Shown in pieces: positions 1 through 12,231 of a stretch of 36,272 nt of DNA. Source of the stretch: Octopus bimaculoides. Taxonomy: Eukaryota. Position 1 is the stretch's first letter. Each line of letters begins with the position of its first letter. The DNA lies in the NCBI RefSeq assembly GCF_001194135.2, contig NC_068993.1:44105307-44141578 (forward strand), in the 5' to 3' direction. The notes beneath the pieces are model-generated. The model was not told the DNA's origin. It made no database searches and saw only the letters and a list, made by a program, of their open reading frames with translations. The position numbers and the translations under genes were made by a program.

Positions 1-45
<45 letters not shown>
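1..45. repeat. (AC)n microsatellite
   Basis: Pure AC run at the window start, within intron 2 of DHDH-like copy 1. Confidence 0.95.
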
Positions 46-50
<5 letters not shown>

Positions 51-102
51 GTATTACTTTGGTAGTAAGAAAAAAATTAATTTTATTCCATTTTTCCCAT
101 AG

Positions 103-266
103 ATTTGGTGTACGTTTCTTCTGTCAACCGTTTCCATCATCCTCTTTCCGTCATTATGCTTAACAATGGCAAGCCTGTTCTGTGTGAGAAAGCCTACGGT
201 AAGAACACAAAGGAGACAAAAGACATTATTGAACTTGCAAAGTCAAAGAAAATTTTTTTCATGGAG
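103..266 (+). CDS. DHDH: DHDH-like copy 1 exon 3
   Basis: ttttcccatag|AT TTG GTG ... TTC ATG GAG|gtacgt; contains the H79-equivalent and the CEK motif. Confidence 0.9.
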
Positions 267-3200
267 GTACGTCTTTTAATACTGAAGTTATGTATTTTGA
301 TATAGTTTCGTTGTTTCGCCCCACATCAACCTTAATGGAGTAGATCCATGATCAAAATCTTCCCGGCCATGACCTTTTCTGTTACATTTTATATATGGTT
401 TTAGCTGGCACTCTGCCGGTTGCGACGACGACTGGTCCAGTTGATCCGGACACCGGAACAACCTCCTAGTGGAATTAACGTGTGAGTGGTCGAGCACTCC
501 ATAAACACGCGTGCCCTTAACGTAGTTCTCCGGGAGATTAAGCGTGACACAGAATGTAACAAGACTGGCTCTTTGAAATACAGGTACTACTCATTTTTGC
601 CAGCTAAGTGGAAAGAAGCAACGTGAAATAAAGCATTTTACTCAATACACACAACGCCCCGCCGGGAATCGAACTCACGAGCTTACAATCACGAACCGAA
701 TACCCCTAACCATTAAGACTACATTATCGGTTGTATCCTTACTTTTTATGGTGGTAGGGTGTGATTCTGAGCGATTTTGCTTCTGTTTCAAGCCAGTCAT
801 GCGACTGAATTGGGGCTCTGCAACCGGTGCGTTGGGCTGAAATAAAATAACGTTTGGGAGATGAAGTAAAATGGGAAGAATATTGCAGAGTATTTTCCCG
901 ACGTTTTAATATTTCTACCAATTCCCAGTCCTTTTCGCACTCAAAATAATGAATGGAGTGTTTTATGATATTGATTGTGGCGTGTACTAAAATAGAATTC
1001 TATAGTTAGTGAGGAATTTCATCGCTAAAAACACTGCATCGTATGTTGAGAGGTTGTGCAGTAAACTTAATAAGCTGAAAGTTAGGGAAGATATTGGAGG
1101 TCATAATACATGAAGCAAACTAATAAATATATCGTTTATAATGTCTTTCTTACCGCTTTTATTTATATCTTATTTTTTTATTCCTTTCTCTTCGTTTTTA
1201 TTTATCCCGAGCTATCTTTATCGCTTTATTACTCTTTTTCTCCTTTCATATAATTCTTGTCATTTTAGGCTATGTGGTCCAACTTCTTTCCGGCTTACAA
1301 ACATATTAAGCAAGAAATCGACTCTGGAACCATAGGAAAGATACGATATTTAGATGTGGCTTTCTTAGTTGACATATTTTCAAAAGAAGATATATCTCAA
1401 GGCCACGTGGGTGGTGGAGGTTTGTTGGAAATTGGTGTTTATACAATATGGCTTGCAAACTTCATATTTAGACAGAAACCTGAAACTATTACTGCTTTTG
1501 GAACAATTGCTGGTACAGGTAAGCATGTCATTAATAAAGGTCTTGTTGCTTGTGTACCTATTCTAGGGATTTGAATAATTTTACTGACAGTTCTATTTTC
1601 TATAATTTTGTCACATTGTTCAATTGTTAATGTTTTTGTGCCTAGAGGCTTAGGAAAATAACCTAGGGTTATATAACACAGATTTACAAACATTACTGAT
1701 GAAGTATAATTAAAACAATTATTAGTCATTGTTTGCAAAGTTCACAAAATCAGTAGAAGATATAAATAATGTCCAAGAAACCATTTTTCTATGAGTTTTC
1801 AATGCTAGGACCCAACATTCTTTAACAAGCAGAAAATTCATCAAATTTATTATTGCTGATCAATAAATACATGTCAATATAGGAGAAAATAAAACACAAC
1901 TACATGCTTTAGAGTTTTGGATAACATACTGGCATCTACTTAAAGTTACAATACTTTTGGTGAATGTTATATAAAAGAATTGCTTAGCAGTAGGTTTATG
2001 GCAGCCATTTAAATCCTACGGATAACGTTACACCGATCTTTGTTATATTTTGCACCAGTGTCAAAGACATTCATTATATATCTACAACATGGCCAAGAGA
2101 AAATATATTCCAATGAAATACTCGAAGATTTATTTTCTCTAGCCAGATTGCAAATTTCTTACAACGTCAGAAATGTGTTAGTTTCAATACACAATATCAG
2201 ATAAAATTCTTTCCAAATAAGTATAATTCCTCTGCAAAAAAAAAAAAAAAAAAGCTGAAGAAAGAACAAGAGCTTCCACTAAGAAAAATTATTTAAAAGC
2301 CAACAAGGGGATCTCTACAAGATTGTTCAACATACTACAAACAGCTGCTTCTTCAAATCTTGTGGTGTATGCATGGTATAGGTATTTTTGTTTGCTCTTC
2401 TGTCTCTTATATCAGTGTGATTGAATTTGTTTTGTTATTGTTCAATGGCTTGATCTGCTAACCTATTGGGATACCCACTATTTACTAATGTTAGTTTTAC
2501 ACATAGAGTGTCCTTATTTAGAACTTCTTTGGTTGAGAGAGATTTTAAAGTTCAGTTTAGAAGGGATTTAACTACGGATAATTTAATCCAAGAGGAAATT
2601 CGTTACCTACTTGCGTGCATAGGCATTTATTTGCGTTTTTTTAGAAGTGCAGTACTCGTTATTCGCAATTTCTTCGTTTAAATACAAGAATGAGGTGATG
2701 CTACGGGATGTTAAATTACAGCCGTTGTGGATTATAAATGTAGGTATGTTTTTTTCATGTGTAGGTCACAATAAATATATCATTGATCTACCTGCTATAG
2801 ATAGTATGTATTAGCTTGAGAAGAGCTTTGTTTAGATGTAGAATTCTACAAACGGGGGCCTACATTAAGACCTCATTGTCACACTATCCCCTGGGTGTAT
2901 TGATTGCCTTGTGAACAACGGAAAAGGGGTGCAGGACAACTCAACACCGCCAACTTAACACCGCCGATTCAACACCGCCGACTCAACACCGCCGACTCAA
3001 AGCCAGGACAACTCAATACCAAGGCATCTCAACACTAGGAAAATTGATTGATAAATAATTTATTCGTTTTATAACTTTATTAGTTTTATAACATTAACAG
3101 GTATTTATAAAAGATCAATTTAATACGTGACATAAATTTTAAAATTCGAATAAAAGTAATTGTGAAACAATACATTTTTAATACAAGGCTAAAATTTAAA

Positions 3201-5387
3201 AGGGAAAAATTTACAGAAAGTTGTATGCAATTCCCTTCAAATATTGTTTGGGAGATCGTTCTGAAAAAACGAAACAATATGCAGAATTCTATCATCTGCC
3301 TCCGTATGATTCTTCAGTTTAGGGGAGGGGTTTTGCCTCCAATCAGTTGCTCAAAAAATGCATCTCCGTTTCTTTGCACCTTATGTAGCCCGTTTACGAA
3401 TCTCCATATCGTGGGGTGCTCCATTCCCAGCTCTATTTGGAATCTTCTATTTGCTACTTCATCATGGTTATTCCTATGTATGTATGTATGTATGTATGTA
3501 TGTATGCATGCATGTATGTATATATGTGTGTGTGTGTTCTCTTTCTCTTTTTAATCTTAGAAGAATATTTGGCCTGTCACCTACTTGGTAGCAAGGTTGC
3601 GAAAGAACGTATCTTTTTTTAACCCCCACCCTTTAAATCATAAGAAGGTCTTGCAGATTTTTATAGTCCCAGATATCGTGATCATTTGTAGCATATGAAT
3701 TAAAGATAGGCATTCTCTCCCCGAGATCCCAAGTTCAGCTATACTTTGGTCTAGACGGTTTGGTATGTATCTTGTTGCTCCGATAATAAAAATAGGCGTG
3801 AAGCTGAAACTGTATCTTGAGTACTGGATTTGCAAGCTCCATATCCTCATGTATGTATGTATGTATGTATGTATGTATGTATGTATGTATGTATGTGTGT
3901 GTGTATGTAAGTAAGTATGTACGTATGTATGTTTTTGTTCAAATGCCAAAATAAGTAGTCGTGTTTTCGAGCTCACTGCATTACGCCAGTCTGTGTGTGA
4001 CAATAACCAATATGAAAATATGTTTACTTGTTTCATTTGGAAAAGGTACTGATCTATCTGCCAATATCATTCTAACTTATAAGGATGGTGCCAGAGCTTC
4101 GTTGTCCTTTAATACTACTTTGGCAGGAAGAACTGATGCATATATTTATGGAACTGAAGGCAAAATTTACGTAAGTAATCCTTCGATTTAGAGATAAATA
4201 TTTTTGGAAATTTAACTTAATGTTTATGAATCTAGAAATAAAGTGAATGACATTTAAAGCTATTGTACTAAACTTGACATTTAGTAAATTTATTGAATGG
4301 TTAATTTATTGTACTAAATCTAACATTTATAACATTAATATTAAAGAAAATTAAAATAAACAAACTAAAAATTGTCTTAATGCATAAAAGACACTAGTTT
4401 CTTTTTACAGATACATCCACCATTCTGGTGTACAGATAAAATCGCGGTGAATGGAGAAGAAAGAGAGTTTCCGCTTCCCAAATCTGATGCTAAATATACT
4501 TACGTCCATAGCTGCGGGTTGGCTTATGAGGCTGAAGATGTCCGGCAGTATTTTGAGAAGGGTAAGTCTTTGATAACTTCTGATACTTTATAATAAGATG
4601 CCTATCATATATATGTGAATAACAGTTGAAAGTAGTAGTAGTAGTAGTAATTATGTATGAAGTATGTGGGCGTAACCAGTGACGTAATCTGATACTACTG
4701 TGCTATTCCCTTTTATTAGCTGGTACAAATTTTCATTGCTCACGGATGGTCGATTCCCTATTGTACCAGACAATCCGTCAAGACGTTAGTGGTTCATATC
4801 TTTTCATAAACTCTGTACTGCTGGAGACAGGTTTGGCTACTTGGTTAAAAAGTTCACTATGCTACCTCATGGTTCCTGCTTCAATACCACTGCGCAACAC
4901 CTTGGAAAAATATTTCCTACCAACATCTTGTAAGTTGGATTTCGTAAATGGAAACTGTATAGAAACTTGTCATATATATATNNNNNNNNNNNNNNNNNNN
5001 NNNNNNNNNNNNNNNNNNNNNNNNNNNNNNNNNNNNNNNNNNNNNNNNNNNNNNNNNNNNNNNNNNNNNNNNNNNNNNNNNNNNNNNNNNNNNNNNNNNN
5101 NNNNNNNNNNNNNNNNNNNNNNNNNNNNNNNNNNNNNNNNNNNNNNNNNNNNNNNNNNNNNNNNNNNNNNNNNNNNNGTGTGTGTGTGTGTGTGTGTGTT
5201 ATATTCCTTTAATTATTGATTTCTCAAAATCTTTCACCACGCATCTGTAGCCTTCTCAATGAGCTCTCTGTGGTTGCTTATTATCGTGTTTGGACCGGAC
5301 TTGATATATTGTGGTGGTCGTTGTGGACATACATGTGGATGGAGTTAGTGGTGGTGGTGCTAATGATCATGATGGTGATGGTGGTAG

Positions 5388-5442
<55 letters not shown>

Positions 5443-6520
5443 AAAAGCTGGGTGGTGGTGGTGGTGATGGCGGTATTAAAAGTTGTAATGATGATAAATG
5501 TTAGGAGCAATGGTACTCATGTTTTTGTGTGATGTGTATGATAGCAGAGATGGTGTATCTTTATGGTGGTGAGCATCTATTCATTTATGTGTAGTTTTGA
5601 TATATCTTTTTTTCATTCCTGTGTCAAGAACACAGTATGTACATACATGCATCTATACTAATGGCTACCACCACTACATATAGAGCCTATTGGAGCTGAC
5701 AGAACAATAAAAAGCCTAAAATATAAGGCATACACAACATACAAATGAACTCTTCCCCTATCATTACACACATACATTCCACAAAAACATGAACGCATGC
5801 TCATATATACGTTCATACAACACATACATACATACATATGTACTTACGTACATAGACTTAACACCGCAATCACCACCACCGCCATTACCAATAATATAGC
5901 AGGAGAACAAGCATCCACAGCGAATAAATTGAGAAAGCTACAGAATCGATGGGGATGACAATGACAAATTAATGTATCACTTAGTAAAAAGCGAGGAACT
6001 AAAATCATGACAGAATCCTTTGCCAAAATACAGCGATATCTGTTTCAATAGTTTCACAAGAATCGGGAAAACAAAAGAACACACACACACACACACAAAA
6101 TAAAACATATAGCTATATATATATACGTATTCATACAGGTGCATAAACACACACGCATTAATATTTGTTTTTATGTCAAGCTATGTGCTGTATATAAAAC
6201 AATTCATCATTAAAGCAAAAAGTTACATTTTTAGTACATCACATGTTTATTTAACTTTATAATAGAAGGTTGAAAGTGACTTCGGCCTGATTGCCCTCGT
6301 TGTACTATATATAGTTATATAGATATACATATTTACATGTATATATGCATGCATACATGCACACACTTATGTAAGTAGGTATAATACATATACCTGTGTA
6401 TATATATCTATTTCCCTCTCCCCCTCTCTCTCTATATATATACATAAATACATATATGTATAATAATTGTATGTTTATATATATATGCATACATACATAC
6501 ACGCACACACATATACATAC

Positions 6521-6614
<94 letters not shown>

Positions 6615-7516
6615 TCGAGTTCCAGACTATCTTTGCAATTTCGGCTGGTTATACTCGAGATTGCTCTAATCAGGCCTGCCCCAAGGAAAAACTAAGCTAA
6701 GAGCATTAGATTCTTTGGAAGAAAGCAGCAAATGTATACGAAAACAAGGAGGGGAGAAAACGGAGAAATGGTACACAAATGCAAATGCAAATAACAGGAC
6801 ATAACAACAGGTGTCTTTCAACTACGGACGAATTAAATTAAGCTGGCGTGTGTGAAAGTGAAGCCTTACGGCAGGGACATAAGAGATGATTGGCATGGGG
6901 ATGAATATAGATGTTGCATGGATGGTAGTCGAACCAAGAAAGAAAGGTCAGGCTTGGCCGAATACCGGTCTCGTTGGAAGAGTGAAGTGAGGTAGAGGCA
7001 GAGGGACAGAAGAATTAGGGAGGGACGAGAAAAAAGAAAAAAGACAGAGTGAAGAGCAAGAGGAGAGAAGGTGAAAAAGAAGAGGTGAGAAAGAGAAAGT
7101 GAGAGAGGGGGAAGGGTGCGACAGAAAAGTTAATAAGAAACAAACACATGAAGATACAAGAAAAAATGATACTCTCCACTCCAAGCCATGGTGGGTACTA
7201 TCTGAGGCAGAAAAAGGTGACATTTAATGAACTTTATAGAAATACAAAGTTTTTTTAAGAATCTTCATGTGTTTTCTTTTTTTATTAACCTTTGAAATTA
7301 GGGCAACCTTTCTGCCACAACCTGTATATATTAAAGGAAAATGGACAACAAAACCAAGGCCGGAAGTGTATCAATATATACCTGCTGACTCGAGAGCCTA
7401 TTACGGATCCCTAGCTCCAATCTCAGCTGTGACCTTGGAACCTAACGCATGACCAGTTATAACGCTTACGTGGCGTACCTATTGGTTTAGATCACTGAAC
7501 TTATTCCCTCATATTC

Positions 7517-7571
<55 letters not shown>

Positions 7572-8926
7572 ATATACGGTAAATGTCGAACGATGAAAAT
7601 GAGTGCTCAACACCGCATTGGTGGATACAATTTCTTTATTTGTGAATCAAGGTTTCATGCTAAGTAAAATAGAAAAATATTTTAATATCTTAACAATTTT
7701 ACAAGCCAATCACATTGAGGAATGGTGTTCATTTCTATTTTTGATAAAACACAAAGGAACTACCTCACCTCACAACAACTGTCTCGAAAAAGTACTTGTA
7801 TACAAAACCAAGATCATGGATCCCAACAGGGTAGCAAAGACATATATCAGAATGCCGGGCAACTCGCTCAAGCACAGTTACACACAACACCTGGCGTTAT
7901 TTAGAGGCAAAAATTAAAAACACGCAACATCCCTATCCAATATGATATTGACATTGAAAGAAAGTGAAATAAGCAACCCCCAGATAAAATGGAACATTAT
8001 TCCTAAAGCCAAAAAATACGGAGGGCGGACTGAAAAACTAGATACCATACAACCAATTGATAACATCCTAAATATTAGGGATGAAATCTCTCTCTGCACA
8101 CACAAGCACTATTTCACGTTTAAGCACTTCAAATAGAAATCACCACCTGCACCGCTAATCCCAAAGGATAGCGTCTTTCTTGAACGTGAAATTTGAGTAT
8201 ACATAACAGAAGAAATATACCCTCTTGACGAACTACCTCAGCACACAAGCCTAGGAACCTCATATACACTCAGAGTAAAATATAAGATTATGCAAACAAA
8301 TTTACCACCATCCGACACGACTCTTTGCCCAAAAGTCAAATCTAAGTGAGATAACCACTCAAAAAAAGGCATCCAAAAGTAGAGCCTCTTGATTTATTTT
8401 ATATATTGATCAGATAGTGGAAGTGAGAGAATATATATTTACTCCATTTGTTGACAGCTGTTTCGTAACTTGTGCTTGATTGCATCTACGGCGCTACATC
8501 AACAAGCTCACATGTATAATTATACATATACATGCATACAAATGCGCGCGCACACACACACACACACACATACACACACACACATAGTGAAGGCGCGTGA
8601 CTTAATGGTTAGGGCATTTGGCTCACCATCGTAAGGTCGTGATTTCGATTTCCGGCGGCCTATTGTGTCTTTGAGCAAAACATTTTATTTCACGTTGCTC
8701 CATTTCACTCAGTTGTTAAAAATACGTAGTTCCTGTATTTCAAAGGGCCAACCTTGTCACAACCTGTGTTACGCTGAATCTCCCTGAGAACTACGTTAAG
8801 GATATGCGTGTCTGTGGAGTGCTCAGCCACTTAATAGTGGAGTGCTCAGCCACGTTAATTTCACGAGCTGGCTGTTCCGCTGATCAGATCAACTGGAACC
8901 CCGGTCGTCATACTCGACGGAGAATG

Positions 8927-8960
<34 letters not shown>

Positions 8961-9058
8961 TGTATGTATGTATGTATGTATGTATGTATGTATGTATGCA
9001 TGCATGTATGTATGTATGTATGTATGTATGTATGTATGCATGCATGTATGTATATATG

Positions 9059-9090
<32 letters not shown>

Positions 9091-9114
9091 CATGCATGTA
9101 TGTATGTATATATG

Positions 9115-9148
<34 letters not shown>

Positions 9149-9897
9149 TGTATGTATGTATGCATGCATGCATGTATGTATGTATGTATCTATGTATGTA
9201 TGTATGTGTGTGTGTATGTATGTATGTATGTGTGCGTGTGTGTGCGTCTGTATGTATTTATGTATGTATGTACGTATGTATACTTATGAATATTATTGTA
9301 TTGCAATATAATGAACTGATTCACATCACAACGTATCATGGCAATTCAAACATCAGATCTCCTGTAAATTAGCAAATTTTCTCAATTTATAGTAGCAGGC
9401 AATAGATGTGTTTGGCAGACTTCATCCTTTACAAAAATTATAATGACCGTATATGGAATGTATTAAGAAAACAAGGATAATTAGATAAATGTAAAGAATT
9501 TCTGGAAAAATACTGTAAAATCAAAAAGTAAAAAGAAAAGAAGTAAAGTACTGTATAATGAAATAATAAAAAAGTTTTGCTTCCCAAGGATTTGGTTGAA
9601 TATCCTCACAGGTTTTAAATAAGTGAAAACATTCCATAAAAAATATCATACAGAGAAAAGGTAAAGTGTGGAGGTTTAGGTTGTAAATGAGATCGTATTT
9701 GTTATAGTACGGATAATTAGGTACATGTCAAAGCATGCCCATAAGTTATTGGAATGTCACGCGCACTGTGCTTTGTTTGAGTATTTGAATCCCTATTTTT
9801 CTTGCTGTATGTATGTATGTATGTATGTATGTATGTATGCATGCATGTATGTATGTATATATGTATGTATGTATGTAGGTAGGTAGGTATTTATAAG

Positions 9898-9974
<77 letters not shown>

Positions 9975-10568
9975 GTTGCGATGGGTACATTGTCATCATT
10001 TATAATTTTAATTTTATGCATGTGCATTGTTTATATTTGATTTTGTCGACTACACAGTACAGTAGGGTCAGCTGGGCACCGTCTGTGACAAAACAGCACA
10101 ATGACGCAATTCGCTCAGCCAGAAATTGGGAAATGACATGCTGTACTGTTTGGCATTCCCACCAGAAGCTCCAATACGAACATTTCAGAGTGTTTGGGTG
10201 TCAATCTGAGCCCCCAAAGCATATGCCGAGAGTGATAAAAATCAAACATCCAGTCAACGTCATGGTGTTTGGAGTGATCACTAATGATGACAACGGAGAA
10301 ATCTTTTAATAACTCAAGAATTTACGTTCTATGACATCATATTTACCTGTATTTATCTATGTTACGCAATTAAATATTTTATTGCCTTTTCTTGTTCTTT
10401 TTAGTGCTTTTAAATATTTGTTTTTGTAATCATTTTAAGTTTGTCTCTCTTCTTTTTCGAAAAGGTCATCTCGAATGTCCCGTTCACACCCACGCTGATA
10501 CTTTGTTGCTTATAAACATAATTGATGAGGTTCGACGACAACTTGAGGAGACACAACAGAAGAACTAA
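103..10568 (+). CDS. DHDH: DHDH-like copy 1 (Gfo/Idh/MocA oxidoreductase), 5'-partial: exons 3-7
   Basis: Exons 103-266, 1269-1518, 4046-4170, 4411-4561 and 10465-10568 (164/250/125/151/104 bp) have GT-AG ends and consistent phases, joining into an open 264-aa frame: DLVYVSSVNRFHHPLS..VLCEKAYG..FFME-AMWSNFFPAY..GGGGLLEIGVY..HPPFW..EFPLP..YEAEDVR..DEVRRQL..QKN*. Motifs and exon layout match DHDH as I recall it. Exons 1-2 should lie upstream of the window. Confidence 0.9.
402..720 (-). mobile_element. tRNA-derived SINE (same family as 8589-8925)
   Basis: Reverse complement begins agtcttaatggttaggggtattcgg...gagttcgattccc (A-/B-box-like) and aligns by eye over about 300 bp with 8589-8925. Confidence 0.75.
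1269..1518 (+). CDS. DHDH: DHDH-like copy 1 exon 4
   Basis: cattttag|GCT ATG TGG TCC ... GGT ACA G|gtaagc; 250 bp, same length as copy 2 exon 4. Confidence 0.92.
2926..3474 (-). mobile_element. Mutator-like (MULE) DNA transposon, 3' remnant
   Basis: Minus strand, with frameshifts: NNHDEVANRRFQIELGMEHPTIWRFVNGLHKVQRNGDAFFEQLIGGK..EADDRILHIV..SPKQYLKGIAYNFL* (stop 3211-3213). This matches the MULE transposase C-terminal TNN..E..HP.IW.F motif. Terminus GGGGTGCAGGACAAC is followed by subterminal repeats. Confidence 0.7.
2939..3008. repeat. 14-bp tandem subterminal repeat (ACTCAACACCGCCG)
   Basis: Four near-perfect units plus degenerate ones, contiguous with no spacers. Confidence 0.9.
3475..3536. 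repeat. (TATG)n/(TG)n microsatellite
   Basis: Direct reading; lies between the MULE remnant and the R4-like fragment. Confidence 0.9.
3537..3848 (-). mobile_element. R4/Dong-like non-LTR retrotransposon, 3' end
   Basis: Minus strand: LQIQYSRYSFSFTPIFIIGATRYIP..LGISGRECLSLIHMLQMITISGTIKICKTFL*, then a short 3' UTR. This is the typical C-terminus after the restriction-like endonuclease (PIIIGA.G..P; SGTVKICKTFL). Microsatellite on both sides. Confidence 0.7.
3849..3930. repeat. (TATG)n microsatellite
   Basis: Direct reading. Confidence 0.9.
4046..4170 (+). CDS. DHDH: DHDH-like copy 1 exon 5
   Basis: ttggaaaag|GT ACT GAT ... ATT TAC|gtaagt; GTDLSANIILTYKDGARASLSFNTTLAGRTDAYIYGTEGKIY. Confidence 0.88.
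4411..4561 (+). CDS. DHDH: DHDH-like copy 1 exon 6
   Basis: ctttttacag|ATA CAT CCA ... GAG AAG G|gtaagt; IHPPFWCTDK..EFPLPKSDAKY..YEAEDVRQYFEK. Confidence 0.92.
4823..4975 (+). mobile_element. Degenerate tRNA-derived SINE
   Basis: ggagacaggtttggctacttggttaa...ggttcctgcttcaataccactgcgcaacaccttgg..ggaaactg; similar to the reverse complement of 23295-23458. Confidence 0.5.
4982..5177. other. Assembly gap (N). Other gaps: 12511-12774, 13751-14351, 17204-17303, 18072-18081, 18522-18656, 22407-22704, 32996-33582
   Basis: N runs read directly; several abut microsatellites. Confidence 0.98.
5349..5492. repeat. (GAT)n/(GGT)n trinucleotide repeat
   Basis: Long GAT run with GGT flanks; intronic. Confidence 0.92.
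6500..6611. repeat. (CA)n microsatellite
   Basis: Direct reading. Confidence 0.95.
6615..6960. mobile_element. Unclassified interspersed repeat (recalled as common in Octopus assemblies)
   Basis: Recognised from memory only (cggctggttatactcgagattgctctaatcagg...aagccttacggcagggac). No second copy in the window. Confidence 0.3.
7757..8136 (+). mobile_element. Penelope-like element, GIY-YIG endonuclease fragment (pseudogenised)
   Basis: One frame with one stop (7915-7917): NNCLEKVLVYKTKI..KTYIRMPGNSLKHSYTQHLALFRGKN*KHATSLSNMILTLKE..IKWNIIPKAKKYGGRT-EK..ILNIRDEISLCTHK. Matches the PLE pattern VY..YIG..H..F..T.LS..IKW..LN.R.E..C.H. Confidence 0.75.
8589..8925 (+). mobile_element. tRNA-derived SINE with (TATG)n tail
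   Basis: Head gaaggcgcgtgacttaatggttagggc..gatttcgatttccgg; homologous to 402-720; internal 17-bp duplication gtggagtgctcagccac at 8814-8830 and 8837-8853. Confidence 0.78.
8926..9285. repeat. (TATG)n compound microsatellite
   Basis: Source of the MYVC/HTYI pseudo-ORFs. Confidence 0.95.
9808..9972. repeat. (TATG)n-(TA)n-(GATA)n compound microsatellite
   Basis: Direct reading. Confidence 0.93.
10120..10295 (+). mobile_element. Internally deleted Tc1/mariner (maT/DD37D-like) transposase remnant
   Basis: PKHMPRVIKIKHPVNVMVFGVITND resembles the P..VP.V...K.P..VMVFGV motif; joined to an N-terminal-like piece (HAVLFGI..SNTNISECLGVNL) in another frame. Confidence 0.55.
10465..10568 (+). CDS. DHDH: DHDH-like copy 1 exon 7 (terminal)
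   Basis: tttttcgaaaag|GT CAT CTC GAA TGT ... AAG AAC TAA; same length (104 bp) as copy 2 exon 7. Confidence 0.88.
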
Positions 10569-10671
10569 GGACATTCTAAGGAAGATCAGAAAACGAAAGA
10601 GAGAGAGGGGGGATGGTGAGAGAGGGGGGATGGTGAGAGAGGGGTGATGGTGAAAGAGGGTGGGAAGTTAA

Positions 10672-10677
10672 AATAAA
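10672..10677 (+). promoter_or_regulatory. Candidate polyadenylation signal for copy 1
   Basis: First AATAAA after the stop, about 100 nt downstream; weak evidence in AT-rich DNA. Confidence 0.35.
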
Positions 10678-10715
10678 GCAACACGTTCTTCATATTAATT
10701 TTCATCATCTGCATT

Positions 10716-10750
10716 GTGTGTGTATGTGTGTGTGTGCATGTGCGTGCGTG

Positions 10751-10817
<67 letters not shown>
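10716..10817. repeat. (TG)n-(GA)n microsatellite
   Basis: Direct reading. Confidence 0.93.
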
Positions 10818-10820
<3 letters not shown>

Positions 10821-12045
10821 CACTCAGAAGCACCCGGATTTTAAAGTCTAAGCAAGAGCAGATGGGTTTTGTTTATAATTTCTGCAAACTGTTTTTCTGA
10901 TCAGAGCTGATATCTGCCAACCGTCATTAAATCGTTATCTACGTAGTGAACAAATAGACCTGAAATACCATATTTTTATGAACAGCTTAGGTGTATTTGC
11001 TTCTTCTGCATATTTGCTGCGGTCAATAACGATTTAACAGCAGTATGAATTTCAATACTACCTCAAACTTACAATTCCTAAGTCTGCTGATACACATAAC
11101 TACTTCTTGCTTTGACCAAAAATTAAGTTTACTTCTGTCTCCCATAAATTGTTCTCTGTTCTCTATCCCAAGCAGCGTGATGAAACTTTGAGAAGGATTT
11201 GTTGATGCAAATTTATCGATCTCTGTAGAATCCTCGTCGATTAAATATAGATTGATTAATTTGCATGTTTAATAAACCACAGAATTATGTAATACAATTA
11301 TATATGAAACGCACATAGGCTGATTAAAAATATATAATTCTCCATTCTTTTGTGCTGTCTATCTCTCTTCTTCTTTCTCTCTATACAGTCATCTGTGTAT
11401 CATACGTGGCGTCAAGATATTGTGAAGGGAAAATTTACAGCGATATTCGTCGGCAAGAAGTATCTCTTATGGACATATACTGTTTAAAAACATAACATAT
11501 ATCGAGGGATAAAAGAAGTTGTCCCAGCAAAAGCTAATGAGAATGCTAGATGTATTTCTGCTTCGTTGAGCGTTGTCAGTAGCGTGTAGTCACAGCTAAT
11601 TGAACAGTTGGACGAAATTTGTCGCCAACGAAATATATATGAAAATAGTAAATAAACAATCCTTAGTGTTTGCGAAAACGGATATATATATATATACACA
11701 TATTTTTTCCGAACTTGTGTAGATGTGTATAGAATAATATATCAGTTAAATGATATCAGTTTTCACGTTTTTTTTTCTTATTGTATTAATTTTTTTTACA
11801 ATGTTGAAGTGTGTTAAAGATTAAAAAAATATTTAGTAATGTTCATAAAGTTCAATTAGCGCTTTCATACGTTCGTAGTAACCATCAGATTTCAAAATGT
11901 ATTGCCTGACAGTTGAGTTGAGTGTTTGACAAGTGTAGTAAAATGACTGAGTTCTTCCTTTTTATACCTTCTTATACCTTTTATACCTATGTCAAAAAAT
12001 ATCATTCGTAGCAGACGTTCTCTCAACATCGTTCACACGTGCCTT

Positions 12046-12231
12046 ACTCGGGCTCAGAAGTTATAGCCCGAGTTGTTATCTATAATCGTAAAAGTTAAAA
12101 GTAACTAAAATTCAATGTTTTCTTGAAACAATAAATTTCTATAGAGATTAGGATTTAAATTCCAATCCATGAAAAGTTTCCGTTCTACAATATTCATAAA
12201 AGACCAAAAAATTACCCAGCAACTCGGGCTA
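12046..12231. mobile_element. Small inverted-repeat element (MITE- or Helentron-like, unclassified)
   Basis: tagcccgagttg (12064-12075) and caactcgggcta (12220-12231) are perfect 12-bp inverted repeats; a third arm actcgggct lies at 12046-12054. Confidence 0.4.

Noticed and set aside
655-720. tRNA gene (also about 8590-8655)
   Set aside because: Degenerate tRNA-like heads continuous with SINE bodies; no complete cloverleaf evident.
2939-3040. Short regular repeats resembling a CRISPR array
   Set aside because: Contiguous 14-bp units with no unique spacers, eukaryotic context, at the end of a MULE remnant.
5311-5532. Poly-Asp / poly-Met ORFs
   Set aside because: A (GAT)n repeat inside an intron, with no splice or coding context.
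6255-6305. Hammerhead ribozyme-like motif on the minus strand (ACAACGAG-GGC-AATCAG-GCC-GAAG); also CCTGATGA-TGGA..TCCA at about 30170-30195
   Set aside because: Core nucleotides are broken (no CUGAnGA plus GAAA together) and stems I/III are not evident.
8804-9372. Long MYVC/HTYI/CVCV ORFs (also at 3162-3622, 6305-6700 and similar)
   Set aside because: Translations of (TATG)n and (CA)n microsatellites, open in several frames on both strands.
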